A stretch of 64,000 nucleotides of DNA, taken from positions 11,284,001 through 11,348,000 of the forward strand of contig OZ024744.1 in NCBI GenBank assembly GCA_964016885.1. Direction: 5' to 3'. The notes beneath the pieces were generated by a model. That model was not told the DNA's origin. It was given only the letters and a program-made list of their open reading frames with translations, and ran no database searches. Below are positions 12,351-27,800 of this stretch, piece after piece. Position 1 is the stretch's first letter. Every line of letters begins with the position of its first letter. This DNA comes from Eledone cirrhosa. Its lineage: Eukaryota. The translations under genes were made by a program, and so were the position numbers.

Positions 12351-15300
12351 TGTGTTGTTGTACTCCAATATGTTGTGTAGTCGTACTCCAATATGTTGCG
12401 TTGTTGTACTCTAATGTGTTGTGTTGTTATTCTCCAATATGTTGCGATGTTGTACTCCAATGCGTTGTGTTGTTGTACTCCAATGTGATGTGTTGTTATA
12501 CTCCAATATGTTGTGCTGTTGTACTCCAATATTTTTTGTTTTTTGTACTCCAATATGTTGTGTTGTTATACTCCAATATCTTGTGTTATTATACTCCAAT
12601 ATGTTGTGCTGTTGTACTCCAAATCTCGTGTTGTTATACTCCAATGTGTTGTGTTGTTATACTCCAATATGGTGTGTTGTTGTACTCCAATATGTTGTAT
12701 TGTTTTCTCCAATATGTCATGTTATACTCCAATATGGTGTGTTCGTGTACTTCAATATGTTGTGTTATTGTACTCCAATATGTTGCGTTGTTGTACTCCA
12801 ATATGTTGTGTTGTTATACTCCAATATGTCATGTGGCTGTACTCCAATATTTCGTGTGGTTGTACTCCAATATGTCATGGTGTTGTACTTCAATATGTCG
12901 TGTTGTTTTACTCCAATATGTTGTCTTGCTGTACTCCAATCTGTTGTATTGTTGTACTTCAATATGTTCTGTTGTTGTACTCCAATATATTGTGTTGTTG
13001 TACTCCAATATGTTGTGTTGTTGTACTCCAATATGCTGTGTTGTTGTACTCCAATATGTTGTGTTGTTATACTCCAATATGTTGTGTTGTTGTACTCCAA
13101 TATCTTGTGTTGTTATACTCCAATATGTTGTGTTGTTATACTCCAATATGTTGTGTTGTTGTACTCCAATATATTGTGCTGTTGTACTCCAATATGATGT
13201 GCTGTTATACTCCAATATGTTGTGTTGTTGTACTCCAATATGTTGTGTTGTTGTACTCCAATATGTTGTGCCGTTGTACTCCAATATTTTTTTTGTTTTT
13301 GTACTCCAAAATGTTGTGTTGTTATACTCCAATATGTTGTGTTGTTATACACCAATGTGGTGTGCTGTTGTAATCCAATATGTTATGTTGTACTCCAATA
13401 TGTTGTGTTGTTATACTCCAATATGTAGTGTTGTTATACTCCAATATGTTGTGTTGTTGTACTCCAATCTGTTGTGTTATACTCCAATATGTTGTGTTGT
13501 TATACTCCAATATGTTGTGTCGTTATACTCCAATATGTTGTGTTGTTTTACTCCAATATGTTGTGTTGTTGTACTCCAATATGTTGTATTGTTGTTCTCC
13601 AATATGTCATGCTATACTCCAATAAGTTGTGTTCTTGTACTCCAATGTGTTTTGTTGTTGTACTCCAATATGTTGTGTTGTTGTACTCCAATATATCATG
13701 TTGTCGTACTCCAATATGTCATGTTATACTCCAATATGTCGTTGTTATACTCCAATATGTCATGTTGCTGTACTCCAACATGTCGTGTTGTAGTACTCCA
13801 ATATGTGTTGATGTTGTACTCCAATATGTTGTGTTGTTGTACTCCAATATGTTGTGTTGTTGTACTCCAATATGTTGTGTTGTTATACTCCAATATGTTG
13901 TGCTGTTGTACTCCAATATGTCATGTTGTTGTACTCCGATATTTCGTGTTGTTCTACTCCAATATTTCGTGTTGTTGTACTCCAATATGTCGTGGTGTTG
14001 TACTCCAATATGTTTTGATGTTGTACTCCAATATGTCGTGTTGTTGTACTCCAATATGTTGTGTTGTTGTACTCCAATATGCTGTGTTGTTATACTCCTA
14101 TATGTTGTGCTGTTGTACTCCAATATGTTGTGTTGTTGTACTCCAATATGTTGTGTTGTTGTACTCCAATATGTTGTGTTGTTGTACTCCAATATGTGAT
14201 GTTGTTGTACTCCAATATGTCGTATTGTTGTACTCCAATATATTGTGTTGTTATACTCCAATATTTCGTGTTGTTTTAGTCCAATATGTCATGTTGTTTT
14301 ACTCCAATATTTCGTGTTGTTGTACTCCAATATGTCATGGTGTTGTACTTGAATATGTCGTATTGTTGTACTCCAATATGTTGTGTTGTTGTTCTCCAAT
14401 ATGTCGTGTTGTTATACTCCAATATGTTATGATGTTGTACTCCAATATATTGTGTTGTTGTACTCCAATATGTTGTGTTGCTGTACTCCAATATGTTGTG
14501 TCGTTGTACTCCAATATGTCTTGTTATAGTCCAATATGTCGTGTTGTTGTACTCCAATATGTTATGTAGTAGTAGTCCAATATTTCGTGTTGTTGTACCC
14601 CAATATGTCGTGTTGTTTATACTCCAATATGTTTTGCTGTTGTACTCCAATATGTTGTGTTGCTGTACTCCAATATGTTGTGTTGTTATTCTCCAATATG
14701 TTGTGCTGTTGTACTCCAATGTGTTATGTTGTTATACTCCAATATGTTGTGCTGTGCTACTCCAATATATTGTGTTGTTGTACTCCAATGTGTTGTGTTG
14801 TTATACTCCAATATGTTGTGTTGACTTACTCCAATATGTTGTGTTGTTGTACTCCAATCTGTTGTGTTGTTATACTCCAATATGTTGTGTTGTTATACTC
14901 CAATATGTTGTGTTGTTTTACTCCAATATGTTGTGTTGTTGTACTCCAATATGTTGTGTTGTTATACTCCAATATGTTGTGTTGTGATACTCCAATATGT
15001 TGTGCTGTTGTACTCCAATATGTTGTGTTGTTATACTCCAATATGTTGTGTTGTTTTACTCCAATATGTTGTGTTGTTGTACTCCAATATGTTGTGTTGT
15101 TGTACTCCAATATATCATGTTGTCGTACTCCAATATGTCATGTTATACTCCAATATGTCGTTGTTATACTCCAATATGTCATGTTGTTGTACTCCAATAT
15201 GTCGTATTGTTGTACTACAATATGTTTTGATGTTGTACTCCAATATGTTCTGTTGTTGTACTCCAATATATTGTGTTGTTGTACTCCAATATGTCGTGTT

Positions 15301-15369
15301 GTTGTACTCCAATATGTCGTGTTTTTGTACTCCAATATGTTGTGTTGTTGTACTCCAATATGCTGTGTT

Positions 15370-18130
15370 GTTATACTCCAATATTTCGTGTTGTTGTACT
15401 CCAATACGTCGTGTTGTTGTACTCCAATATGTTTTGATGTTGTACTCCAATATGTTGTGTTGTTGTACTCCAATATGTTTTGATGTTGTACTCCAATATG
15501 TTGTGTTGTTGTACTCCAATATGTTTTGATGTTGTACTCCAATATGTTGTGTTGTTGTACTCCAATATGTTGTGTAGTCGTACTCCAATATGTTGTGTTG
15601 TTGTACTCCAATATGCTGTGATGTTGTACTCCAATGCGTTGTATTGTTGTACTCCAATGTGATGTGTTGTTGTACTCCAATATGTTGTGCCGTTGTACTC
15701 CAATATTTTTTATTTTTGTACTCCAATATGTTGTGTTGTTATACTCCAATATGTTGTGTTGTTATACTCCAATATGTTGTGCTGTTGTACTCCAAATCTC
15801 GTGTTGTTATACTCCAATGTGTTGTGTTGTTATACTCCAATATGGTGTGTTGTTGTACTCCAATATGTTGTATTGTTTTTTTCCAATATGTCATGTTATA
15901 CTCCAATATGTTGTGTTCGTGTACTCCAATATGTTGTGTTATTGTACTCCAATATGTTGCGTTGTTGTACTCCAATATGTTGTGTTGTTATACTCCAATA
16001 TGTTGTGTTGTTGTACTCCAATATGTTGTCTTGTTGTACTCCAAAAGGCCATGTTATCGTACTCCAATATGTCTTGTTATACTCCAATATGTCGTGTGGC
16101 TGTACTCCAATATGTCATGTTGTTATACTCCAATATGTCTTGTTATAGTCCAATATGTCGTGTTGTTGTACTCCAATATGTCATGTAGTTGTATTCCAAT
16201 ATTTCGTGTTGTTGTACCCCAATATGTCGTGTTGTTTATACTCCAATATGTTTTGCTGTTGTACTCCAATATGTTGTGTTGCTGTACTCCAATATGTTGT
16301 GTTGTTATTCTCCAATATGTTGTGCTGTTGTACTCCAATGTGTTATGTTGTTATACTCCAATATGTTGTGCTGTGCTACTCCAATATATTGTGTTGTTGT
16401 ACTCCAATGTGTTGTGTTGTTATACTCCAATATGTTTTGATGTTGTACTGCAATATGTCGTGTTGTTGTACTCCAATATGTTGTGTTGTTGTACTCCAAT
16501 ATGCTGTGTTGTTATACTCCTATATGTTGTGCTGTTGTACTTCAATATGTTGTGTTCTACTCCAATATGTTGTGTTGTTATACTCCAATATGTTGTGCTG
16601 TGCTACTCCAATATATTGTGTTGTTGTACTCCAATGTGTTGTGTTGTTATACTCCAATATGTTTTGATGTTGTACTGCAATATGTCGTGTTGTTGTACTC
16701 CAATATGTCGTGTGGCTGTACTCCAATATGTCATGTTGTTGTACTCCAATATGTCGTTGTTATACTCCAATATGACATGTTACTGTACTCCAACATGTCG
16801 TGTTGTAGTACTCCAATATGTGTTGATGTTGTACTCCAATATGTTGTGTTGTTGTACTCCAATATGTTGTGTTGTTGTACTCCAATATGTTGTGTTGTTG
16901 TACTCCAATATGTTGTGTTGTTATACTCCAATATGTTGTGCTGTTGTACTCCAATATGTCATGTTGTTGTACTCCGATATTTCGTGTTGTTCTACTCCAA
17001 TATTTCGTGTTGTTGTACTCCAATATGTCGTGGTGTTGTACTCCAATATGTTTTGATGTTGTACTGCAATATGTCGTGTTGTTGTACTCCAATATGTTAT
17101 GATGTTGTACTCCAATATATTGTGTTGTTGTACTCCAATATATTGTGTTGCTGTACTCCAATATGTTGTGTCGTTGTACTCCAATATGTTGTGTTGTTGT
17201 ACTCCAATATGTTGTGTTGTTGTACTCCAATATGTTGTGTTGTTGTACTCCAATATGTTGTGTTGTTGTACTCCAATATGTTGTGTTGTTATACTCCAAT
17301 ATGTTGTGTTGTTGTACTCCAATAGGTTGTGTTGTTATACTCCAATATGTTGTGCTGTTGTACTCCAATATTTCGTGTTGTTGTACTCCAATACGTCGTG
17401 TTGTTGTACTCCAATATGTTTTGATGTAGTACTCCAATATGTTGTGTTGTTGTACTCCAATATGTTTTGATGTTGTACTCCAATATGTTGTGTTGTTGTA
17501 CTCCAATATGTTTTGATGTTGTACTCCAATATGTTGTGTTGTTGTACTCCAATATGTTGTGTAGTCGTACTCCAATATGTTGTGTTGTTGTACTCCAATA
17601 TGCTGTGATGTTGTACTCCAATGCGTTGTATTGTTATACTCCAATGTGATGTGTTGTTGTACTCCAATATGGTGTGCCGTTGTACTCCAATATTTTTTAT
17701 TTTTGTACTCCAATATGTTGTGTTGTTATACTCCAATATGTTGTGTTGTTATACTCCAATATGTTGTGCTGTTATACTCCAATATGTTGTGCTGTTGTAC
17801 TCCAAATCTCGTGTTGTTATACTCCAATGTGTTGTGTTGTTATACTCCAATATGGTGTGTTGTTGTACTCCAATATATTGTATTGTTTTTTTCCAATATG
17901 TCATGTTATACTCCAATATGTTGTGTTCGTGTACTCCAATATGTTGTGTTACTGTACTCCAATATGTTGCGTTGTTGTACTCCAATATGTTGTGTTGTTA
18001 TACTCCAATATGTTGTGTTGTTGTACTCCAATATGTTGTCTTGTTGTACTCCAAAAGGCCATGTTATCGTACTCCAATATGTCTTGTTATACTCCAATAT
18101 GTCGTGTGGCTGTACTCCAATATGTCATGT
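15370..18130 (+). repeat. Local duplication with about 2.0-kb offset; the module is also present at about 8350-9060
   Basis: ORFs 15480..15662 ~ 17467..17649 (offset 1,987), 15896..16087 ~ 17906..18097 (offset 2,010), 8833..9024 ~ 15896..16087. The marker ccaaaaggccatgttatcg occurs at about 8978, 16041 and 18051. Confidence 0.85.
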
Positions 18131-20039
18131 TGTTGTACTCCAATATGTCGTGTTGTTTATACTCCAATATGTTTTGCTGTTGTACTCCAATATGTTGTGT
18201 TGCTGTACTCCAATATGTTGTGTTGTTATTCTCCAATATGTTGTGCTGTTGTACTCCAATGTGTTATGTTGTTATACTCCAATATGTTGTGCTGTGCTAC
18301 TCCAATATATTGTGTTGTTGTACTCCAATGTGTTGTGTTGTTATACTCCAATATGTTGTGTTGATTTACTCCAATATGTTGTGTTGTTGTACTCCAATCT
18401 GTTGTGTTGTTATACTCCAATATGTTGTGTTGTTATACTCCAATATGTTGTGTTGTTTTACTCCAATATGTTGTGTTGTTGTACTCCAATATGTTGTGTT
18501 GTTGTACTCCAATATGTTGTGTTGTTGTAATCCAATATCTTGTGTTGTTATACTCCAATATGTTGTGTTGTTGTACTCCAATATGTTGTGTTGTTATACT
18601 CCAATATGTTGTGTTGTGATACTCCAATATGTTGTGTTGTTGTACTCCAATATGTTGTGTTGTTATACTCCAATATGTTGTGTTATTTTACTCCAATATG
18701 TTGTGTTGTTGTACTCCAATATGTTGTATTGTTGTTCTCCAATATGTCATGTTATACTCCAATAAGTTGTGTTCTTGTACTCCAATATGTTGTGTTGTTG
18801 TACTCTAATATATCATGTTGTCGTACTCTAATATGTCATGTTATACTCCAATATGTCGTTGTTATACTCCAATATGTCATGTTGTTGTACTCCAATATGT
18901 CGTATTGTTGTACTCCAATATGTTGTGTTGTTGTACTCCAATATGTTGTGTAGTCGTACTCCAATATGTTGTATTGTTATACTCCAATATGTTGTGCTGT
19001 TGTACTCCAATATGTTCTGTTGTTGTACTCCAATATATTGTGTTGCTGTACTCCAATATGTCGTGTTGTTGTACTCCAATATGTTGTGTTGTTGTACTCC
19101 AATATGTTATGTTGTTGTACTCCAATATGTTGTGTTGTTATACTCCAATATGTTATGTTGTTGTACTCCAATATGTCATGTTGTTGTACTCCAATATGTT
19201 TTGATGTTGTACTCCAATATGTTGTGTTGTTGTACTCCAATATGTTTTGATGTTGTACTCCAATATGTTGTGTTGTTGTACTCCAATATGTTGTGTAGTC
19301 GTACTCCAATATGTTGTGTTGTTGTACTCCAATATGATGTGATGTTGTACTCCAATATGATGTGCTGTTGTACTCCAATGCGTTGTGTTGTTGTACTCCA
19401 ATATGCTGTGTTGTTATACTCCAATATGTTGTGTTGTTGTACTCCAATATGTTGTGTTGTTGTACTCCAATATGTTGTGTTGTTGTAATCCAATATCTTG
19501 TGTTGTTATACTCCAATATGTTGTGCTGTTGTACTCCAATATGTTGAGTTGTTATACTCCAATATGTAGTGTTGTTATACTCCAATATGTTGTGTTGTTG
19601 TACTCCAATCTGTTGCGTTATACTCCAATATGTTGTGTTGTTATACTCCAATATGTTGTGTTGTTATACTCCAATATGTTGTGTTGTTTTACTCCAATAT
19701 GTTGTATTGTTGATCTCCAATATGTCATATTATACTCCAATAAGTTGTGTTCTTGTACTCCAATATGTGTTGTTGTTGTACTCCAATATGTTGCGTTGTT
19801 GTACTCCAATATATCATGTTGTCGTACTCCAATATGTCATGTTATACTCCAATATGTCGTTGTTATACTCCAATAGGTCATGATGTTGTACTCCAATATT
19901 TCGCGTTGTCGTACTCCAATATGTTGTGTTGTACTCCAATATGTTGTGCTGTTGTACTCCAATATGTTGTGTTGTTGTACTCCAATATGTTGTGTTGTTA
20001 TACTCCAATATGTTGTGCTGTTGTACTCCAATATTTCGT

Positions 20040-21840
20040 GTTGTTGTACTCCAATACGTCGTGTTGTACTCCAACATGTTGTATTGTTATACTTCAATAT
20101 GTTATGTTGTTGTACTCCAATATGTCTTGTTGTTGTACTTCAATATGTTTTGATGTTGTACTCCAATATGTTGTGTTGTTGTACTCCAATATGTTTTGAT
20201 GTTGTACTCCAATATGTTGTGTTGTTGTACTCCAATATGTTGTGTAGTCGTACTCCAATATGTTGCGTTGTTGTACTCTAATGTGTTGTGTTGTTATTCT
20301 CCAATATGTTGCGATGTTGTACTCCAATGCGTTGTGTTGTTGTACTCCAATGTGATGTGTTGTTATACTCCAATATGTTGTGCTGTTGTACTCCAATATT
20401 TTTTGTTTTTTGTACTCCAATATGTTGTGTTGTTATACTCCAATATGTTGTGTTATTATACTCCAATATGTTGTGCTGTTGTACTCCAAATCTCGTGTTG
20501 TTATACTCCAATGTGTTGTGTTGTTATACTCCAATATGGTGTGTTGTTGTACTCCAATATGTTGTATTGTTTTCTCCAATATGTCATGTTATACTCCAAT
20601 ATGGTGTGTTCGTGTACTTCAATATGTTGTGTTATTGTACTCCAATATGTTGCGTTGTTGTACTCCAATATGTTGTGTTGTTATACTCCAATATGTCATG
20701 TGGCTGTACTCCAATATGTCATGTTGTTGTACTCCAATATGTCTTGTTATAGTCCAATATGTCGTGTTGTTGTACTCCAATATATCATGTAGTTGTACTC
20801 CAATATTTCGTGTTGTTGTACCCCAATATGTAGTGTTGTTTATACTCCAATATGTTTTGCTGTTGTACTCCAATATGTTGTGTTGCTGTACTCCTATATG
20901 TTGTGTTGTTATTCTCCAATATGTTGTGCTGTTGTACTCCAATGTGTTGTGTTGTTATACTCCAATATGTTGTGTTGATTTACTCCAATATGTTGTGTTG
21001 TTGTACTCCAATCTGTTGTGTTGTTATACTCCAATGTGTTGTGTTGTTATACTCCAATATGTTGTGTTGTTGTAGTCCAATATGTTGTGTTGTCGTACTC
21101 CAATATGTTGTGTTGTTATACTCCAATATTTCGTGTGGTTGTACTCCAATATGTCATGGTGTTGTACTTCAATATGTCGTGTTGTTTTACTCCAATATGT
21201 TGTCTTGCTGTACTCCAATCTGTTGTATTGTTGTACTTCAATATGTTCTGTTGTTGTACTCCAATATATTGTGTTGTTGTACTCCAATATGTTGTGTTGT
21301 TGTACTCCAATATGCTGTGTTGTTGTACTCCAATATGTTGTGTTGTTATACTCCAATATGTTGTGTTGTTGTACTCCAATATCTTGTGTTGTTATACTCC
21401 AATATGTTGTGTTGTTATACTCCAATATGTTGTGTTGTTGTACTCCAATATATTGTGCTGTTGTACTCCAATATGATGTGCTGTTATACTCCAATATGTT
21501 GTGTTGTTGTACTCCAATATGTTGTGTTGTTGTACTCCAATATGTTGTGCCGTTGTACTCCAATATTTTTTTTGTTTTTGTACTCCAAAATGTTGTGTTG
21601 TTATACTCCAATATGTTGTGTTGTTATACACCAATGTGGTGTGCTGTTGTAATCCAATATGTTATGTTGTACTCCAATATGTTGTGTTGTTATACTCCAA
21701 TATGTAGTGTTGTTATACTCCAATATGTTGTGTTGTTGTACTCCAATCTGTTGTGTTATACTCCAATATGTTGTGTTGTTATACTCCAATATGTTGTGTC
21801 GTTATACTCCAATATGTTGTGTTGTTTTACTCCAATATGT
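20040..21840 (+). repeat. Copy of about 12170-13560; the 12-kb copy lacks 412 bp
   Basis: ORFs 12411..12644 ~ 20278..20511 (offset 7,867) and 13113..13355 = 21392..21634 (offset 8,279). Confidence 0.85.
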
Positions 21841-24800
21841 TGTGTTGTTATACTCCAATATGTTGTGCTGTTGTACTCCAATATGTCATGTTGTTGTACT
21901 CCGATATTTCGTGTTGTTCTACTCCAATATTTCGTGTTGTTGTACTCCAATATCTCGTGGTGTTGTACTCCAATATGTTTTGATGTTGTACTCCAATATG
22001 TCGTGTTGTTGTACTCCAATATGTTGTGTTGTTGTACTCCAATATGCTGTGTTGTTATACTCCTATATGTTGTGCTGTTGTACTTCAATATGTTGTGTTC
22101 TACTCCAATATGTTGTGTTGTTCTACTCCAATATGTTGTGTTGTTGTACTCCAATATGTGATGTTGTTGTACTCCAATATGTCGTATTGTTGTACTCCAA
22201 TATATTGTGTTGTTATACTCCAATATTTCGTGTTGTTTTAGTCCAATATGTCATGTTGTTTTACTCCAATATTTCGTGTTGTTGTACTCCAATATGTCAT
22301 GGTGTTGTACTTCAATATGTCGTATTGTTGTACTCAAATATGTTGTGTTGTTGTTCTCCAATATGTCGTGTTGTTATACTCCAATATGTTATGATGTTGT
22401 ACTCCAATATATTGTGTTGTTGTACTCCAATATGTTGTGTTGTTGTACTCCAATATGTTGTTGTACTCCAATATGCCATGTTGTTATACTCCAATATTTC
22501 GTGGTGTTGTACTCCAATATGTCATGTTGTTGTACTCCAATATTTCGTGTTGTTGTACTCCAATATGTCATAGGGGTTGTACTCCAATATGGTTTGTTGT
22601 TGTACTCCAATATGCTGTGTTGCTGTACTCCAATAGGTTGTGTTGTTGTACTCCAATATGCTGTGTTGGCTGTGCTCCAATACGTTGTGTTGTTGTACTC
22701 CAATATGTTGTGCTGCTGTACTCCAATATGTTGTGTTGTTGTACTCCAATATGTTGTGTTGTTGTACTCCAATATGTTGTGTTGTTGTACTCCAATCTAT
22801 ATCGCTGTTGTACTCCAATATGTTGTGTTGTTGTACTCCAATATGTTGTGTTGTTGTACTCCAAAATATTGTGTTGTTATACTCCAATATGTTGTGTTGT
22901 TATACTCCAATATGTTGTGCTGTTATACTCCAATATGTTGTGTTGTTGTACTCCAATATGTTGTGCTGTTATACTCCAATACTTTGTGTTGTTATACTCC
23001 AATATGTGGTATTGTTGTACTCCAATATGTTGTGCTGTTGTCCTCCAATATGTTGTGTTGTTATACTCCAATATGTTGTGTTGTTATACTCGAATATTTT
23101 GTGTTGTTATACTCGAATATCTTGTGTTGTTATACTCGAATATGTTGTGCTGTTGTACTCCAATATGTCGTGTTGTTGTACTCCAATATATCATGTAGTT
23201 GTACTCCAATATTTCGTGTTGTTGTACCCCAATATGTAGTGTTGTTTATACTCCAATATGTTTTGCTGTTGTACTCCAATATGATGTGCTGTTGTACTCC
23301 AATATGTTGTATTGTTGTTCTCCAATATGTCATGTTATACTCCAATAAGTTGTGTTCTTGTACTCCAATATGTTGTGTTGTTGTACTCCAATATATCATG
23401 TTGTCGTACTCCAATATGTCATGTTATACTCCAATATGTCATTGTTGTACTCCAATATGTCGTGTTGTTGTACTCCAATATGTCGTGTTGTTGTACTCCA
23501 ATACGTCGTGTTGTACTCCAATATGTTGTATTGTTATACTCCAATATGTTATGTTGTTGTACTCCAATATGTCTTGTTGTTGTACTTCAATATGTTTTGA
23601 TGTTGTACTCCAATATGTTGTGTTGTTGTACTCCAATATGTTTTGATGTTGTACTCCAATATGTTGTGTTCTTGTACTCCAATATGTTGTGTTGTTGTAC
23701 TCCAATATATCATGTTGTCGTACTCCAATATGTCATGTTATACTCCAATATGTCATTGTTGTACTCCAATATGTCGTGTTGTTGTACTCCAATATGTCGT
23801 GTTGTTGTACTCCAATATGCTGTGTTGTTATACTCCAATATGTTGTGTTGTTGTACTCCAATATGTTGTGTTGTTATACTCCAATATGTTGTGTTGTTGT
23901 ACTCCAATATGTCATGTTGTTGTACTCCAATATGTTGCGTTGTTGTACTCCAATATATCATGTTGTCGTACTCCAATATGTTTTGATGTTGTACTCCAAT
24001 ATGTTGTGTTGTTGTACTCCAATATGTTGTGTAGTCGTACTCCAATATGTTGTGTTGTTGTACTCCAATATGCTGTGATGTTGTACTCCAATATGATGTG
24101 CTGTTGTACTCCAATGCGTTGTGTTGTTGTACTCCAATATGCTGTGTTGTTATACTCCAATATGTTGTGTTGTTATACTCCAATCTGTTGTGTTGTTATA
24201 CTCCAATATATTGTGTTGTTACACTCCAATATGTTGTGTTGTTTTACTCCAATATCTTGTATTGTTGTTCTCCAATATGTCATGTTATACTCCAATAAGT
24301 TGTGTTCTTGTACTCCAATATGTTGTGTTGTTGTACTCCAATATGTTGTGTTGTTGTACTCCAATATATCATGTTGTCGTACTCCAATATGTCATGTTAT
24401 ACTCCAATGTGTCATTGTTGTACTCCAATATGTCGTGTTGTTGTACTCCAATATGTCGTGTTGTTGTACTCCAATATGTTGTGTTGTTGTACTCCAATAT
24501 GTTGTGTTGTTGTACTCCAATATGTTGTGTTGTTATACTCCAATATGTTATGTTGTTGTACTCCAATATGTCATGTTGTTGTACTCCAATATGTTTTGAT
24601 GTTGTACTCCAATATGTCGTGTTGTTATACTCCAATATGTTATGATGTTGTACTCCAATATATTGTGTTGTTGTACTCCAATATGTTGTGTTGCTGTACT
24701 CCAATATGTTGTGTCGTTGTACTCCAATACGCTGTGTTGTTGTACTCCAATATGTTGTGTTGTTGTACTCCAATATGTTGTTGTACTCCAATATGCCATG

Positions 24801-27800
24801 TTGTCGTACTCCAATATTTCGTGTTGTTGTACTCCAATATGTCATGGTGTTGTACTCCATTATGTTGTGTTGTTGTACTCCAATATGTTGTGTTGTTGTA
24901 CTCCAATATGTTGTGTTGTTGTACTCCAATATGTTGTGTTGTTGTACTCCAATATGTTGTGTTGTTGTACTCCAATATGTTGTGTTGTTGTACTCCAATA
25001 TGCCATGTTGTTATACTCCAATATGTGGTGGTGTTGTACTACAATATGTCATGTTGTTGTACTCCAATATTTCGTGTTGTTGTACTCCAATATTTCATAG
25101 GGGCTGTACTCCAATATGCTGTGTTGCTGTACTCCAATAGGTTGTGTTGTTGTACTCCAATATGCTGTGTTGGCTGTGCTCCAATACGTTGTGTTGTTAT
25201 ACTCCAATATTTTGTGCTGCTGTACTCCAATATGTTGTGTTGTTGTACTCCAATATGTTGTGTTGTTGTACTCCAATATGTTGTGTTGTTGTACTCCAAT
25301 CTATATCGCTGTTGTACTCCAATATGTTGTGTTGTTGTACTCCAATATGTTGTGCTGTTGTACTCCAATATGTTGTGCTGTTGTGCTCCAATATTTTGTG
25401 CTGTTACACTCCAATATATTGTGTTGTTATAATCCAATATGTTGTGTTGTTGTACTCCAAAATATTGTGTTGTTATACTCCAATATGTTGTGTTGTTATA
25501 CTCCAATAAGTTGTGCTGTTATACTCCAATATGTTGTGTTGTTGTACTCCAATATGTTGTGCTGTTATACTCCAATATTTTGTGTTGTTATACTCCAATA
25601 TGTGGTATTGTTGTACTCCAATATGTTGTGCTGTTGTACTCCAATATGTTGTGTTGTTATACTCCAACATGTTGTGTTGTTATACTCCAATATGTTGTGT
25701 TGTTATACTCGAATATGTTGTGTTGTTATACTCGAATATCTTGTGTTGTTATACTCGAATATGTTGTGCTGTTGTACTCCAATATGTCGTGTTGTTGTAC
25801 TCCAATATATCATGTACTTGTACTCCAATATTTCGTGTTGTTGTACCCCAATATGTAGTGTTGTTTATACTCCAATATGTTTTGCTGTTGTACTCCAATA
25901 TGTTGTGTTGCTGTACTCCTATATGTTGTGTTGTTATTCTCCAATATGTTGTGCTGTTGTACTCCAATGTGTTGTGTTGTTATACTCCAATATGTTGTGT
26001 TGATTTACTCCAATATGTTGTGTTGTTGTACTCCAATCTGTTGTGTTGTTATACTCCAATGTGTTGTGTTGTTATACTCCAATATGTTGTGTTGTTGTAG
26101 TCCAATATGTTGTGTTGTCGTACTCCAATATGTTGTGTTGTTATACTCCAATATTTCGTGTGGTTGTACTCCAATATGTCATGGTGTTGTACTTCAATAT
26201 GTCGTGTTGCTGTACTCCAATATGTTGTCTTGCTGTACTCCAATATGTTGTGTTGTTGTACTCCAATATCTTGTGTTCTTATACTCCAATATGTTGTGTT
26301 GTTATACTCCAATATGTTGTGTTGTTGTACTCCAATATGTTGTGCTGTTTTACTCCAATATGTTGTGTTGTTGTACTCCAATATGTTGTATTGTTTTTCT
26401 CCAATATGTCATGTTATACTCCAATAAGTTGTGTTCTTGTACTCCAATATGTTGTGTTGTTGTACTCCAATATATCATGTTGTCGTACTCCAATATGTCA
26501 TGTTATACTCCAATATGTCATTGTTGTACTCCAATATGTCGTGTTGTTGTACTCCAATATGTTGTGTTGATTTACTCCAATATGTTGTGTTGTTGTACTC
26601 CAATCTGTTGTGTTGTTATACTCCAATATGTTGTGTTGTTATACTCCAATATGTTGTGTTGTTTTACTCCAATATGTTGTGTTGTTGTACTCCAATATCT
26701 TGTGTTGTTATACTCCAATATGTTGTGTTGTTGTACTCCAATATGTTGTGTTGTTATACTCCAATATGTTGTGTTGTGATACTCCAATATGTTGTGCTGT
26801 TGTACTCCAATATGTTGTGTTGTTATACTCCAATATGTTGTGTTGTTTTACTCCAATATGTTGTGTTGTTGTACTCCAATATGTTGTATTGTTGTTCTCC
26901 AATATGTCATGTTATACTCCAATAAGTTGTGTTCTTGTACTCCAATATGTTGTGTTGTTGTACTCCAATATATCATGTTGTCGTACTCCAATATGTCATG
27001 TTATACTCCAATATGTCATGTTGTTGTACTCCAATATGTCGTATTGTTATACTCCAATATGTTTTGATGTTGTACTCCAATATGTTGTGTAGTCGTACTC
27101 CAATATGTTGTATTGTTATACTCCATTATGTTGTGCTGTTGTACTCCAATATGTTCTGTTGTTGTACTCCAATATATTGTGTTGTTGTACTCCAATATGT
27201 CGTGTTGTTGTACTCCAATATGTCGTGTTGTTGTACTCCAATATGTTGTGTTGTTGTACTCCAATATGTTGTGTTGTTGTACTCCAATATGTTGTATTGT
27301 TATACTCCAATATGTTATGTTGTTGTACTCCAATATGTCATGTTGTTGTACTCCAATATGTTTTGATGTTGTACTCCAATATGTTGTGTTGTTGTACTCC
27401 AATATGTTTTGATGTTGTACTCCAATATGTTGTGTTGTTGTACTCCAATATGCTGTGTAGTCGTACTCCAATATGTTGTGTTGTTGTACTCCAATATGCT
27501 GTGATGTTGTACTCCAATATGATGTGCTGTTGTACTCCAATGCGTTGTGTTGTTGTACTCCAATATGCTGCGTTGTTATACTCCAATATGTTGTGTTGTT
27601 GTACTCCAATATGTTGTGTTGTTGTACTCCAATATGTTGTGTTGTTGTAATCCAATATCTTGTGTTGTTATACTCCAATATGTTGTGCTGTTGTACTCCA
27701 ATATGTTGAGTTGTTATACTCCAATATGTAGTGTTGTTATACTCCAATATGTTGTGTTGTTGTACTCCAATCTGTTGCGTTATACTCCAATATGTTGTGT

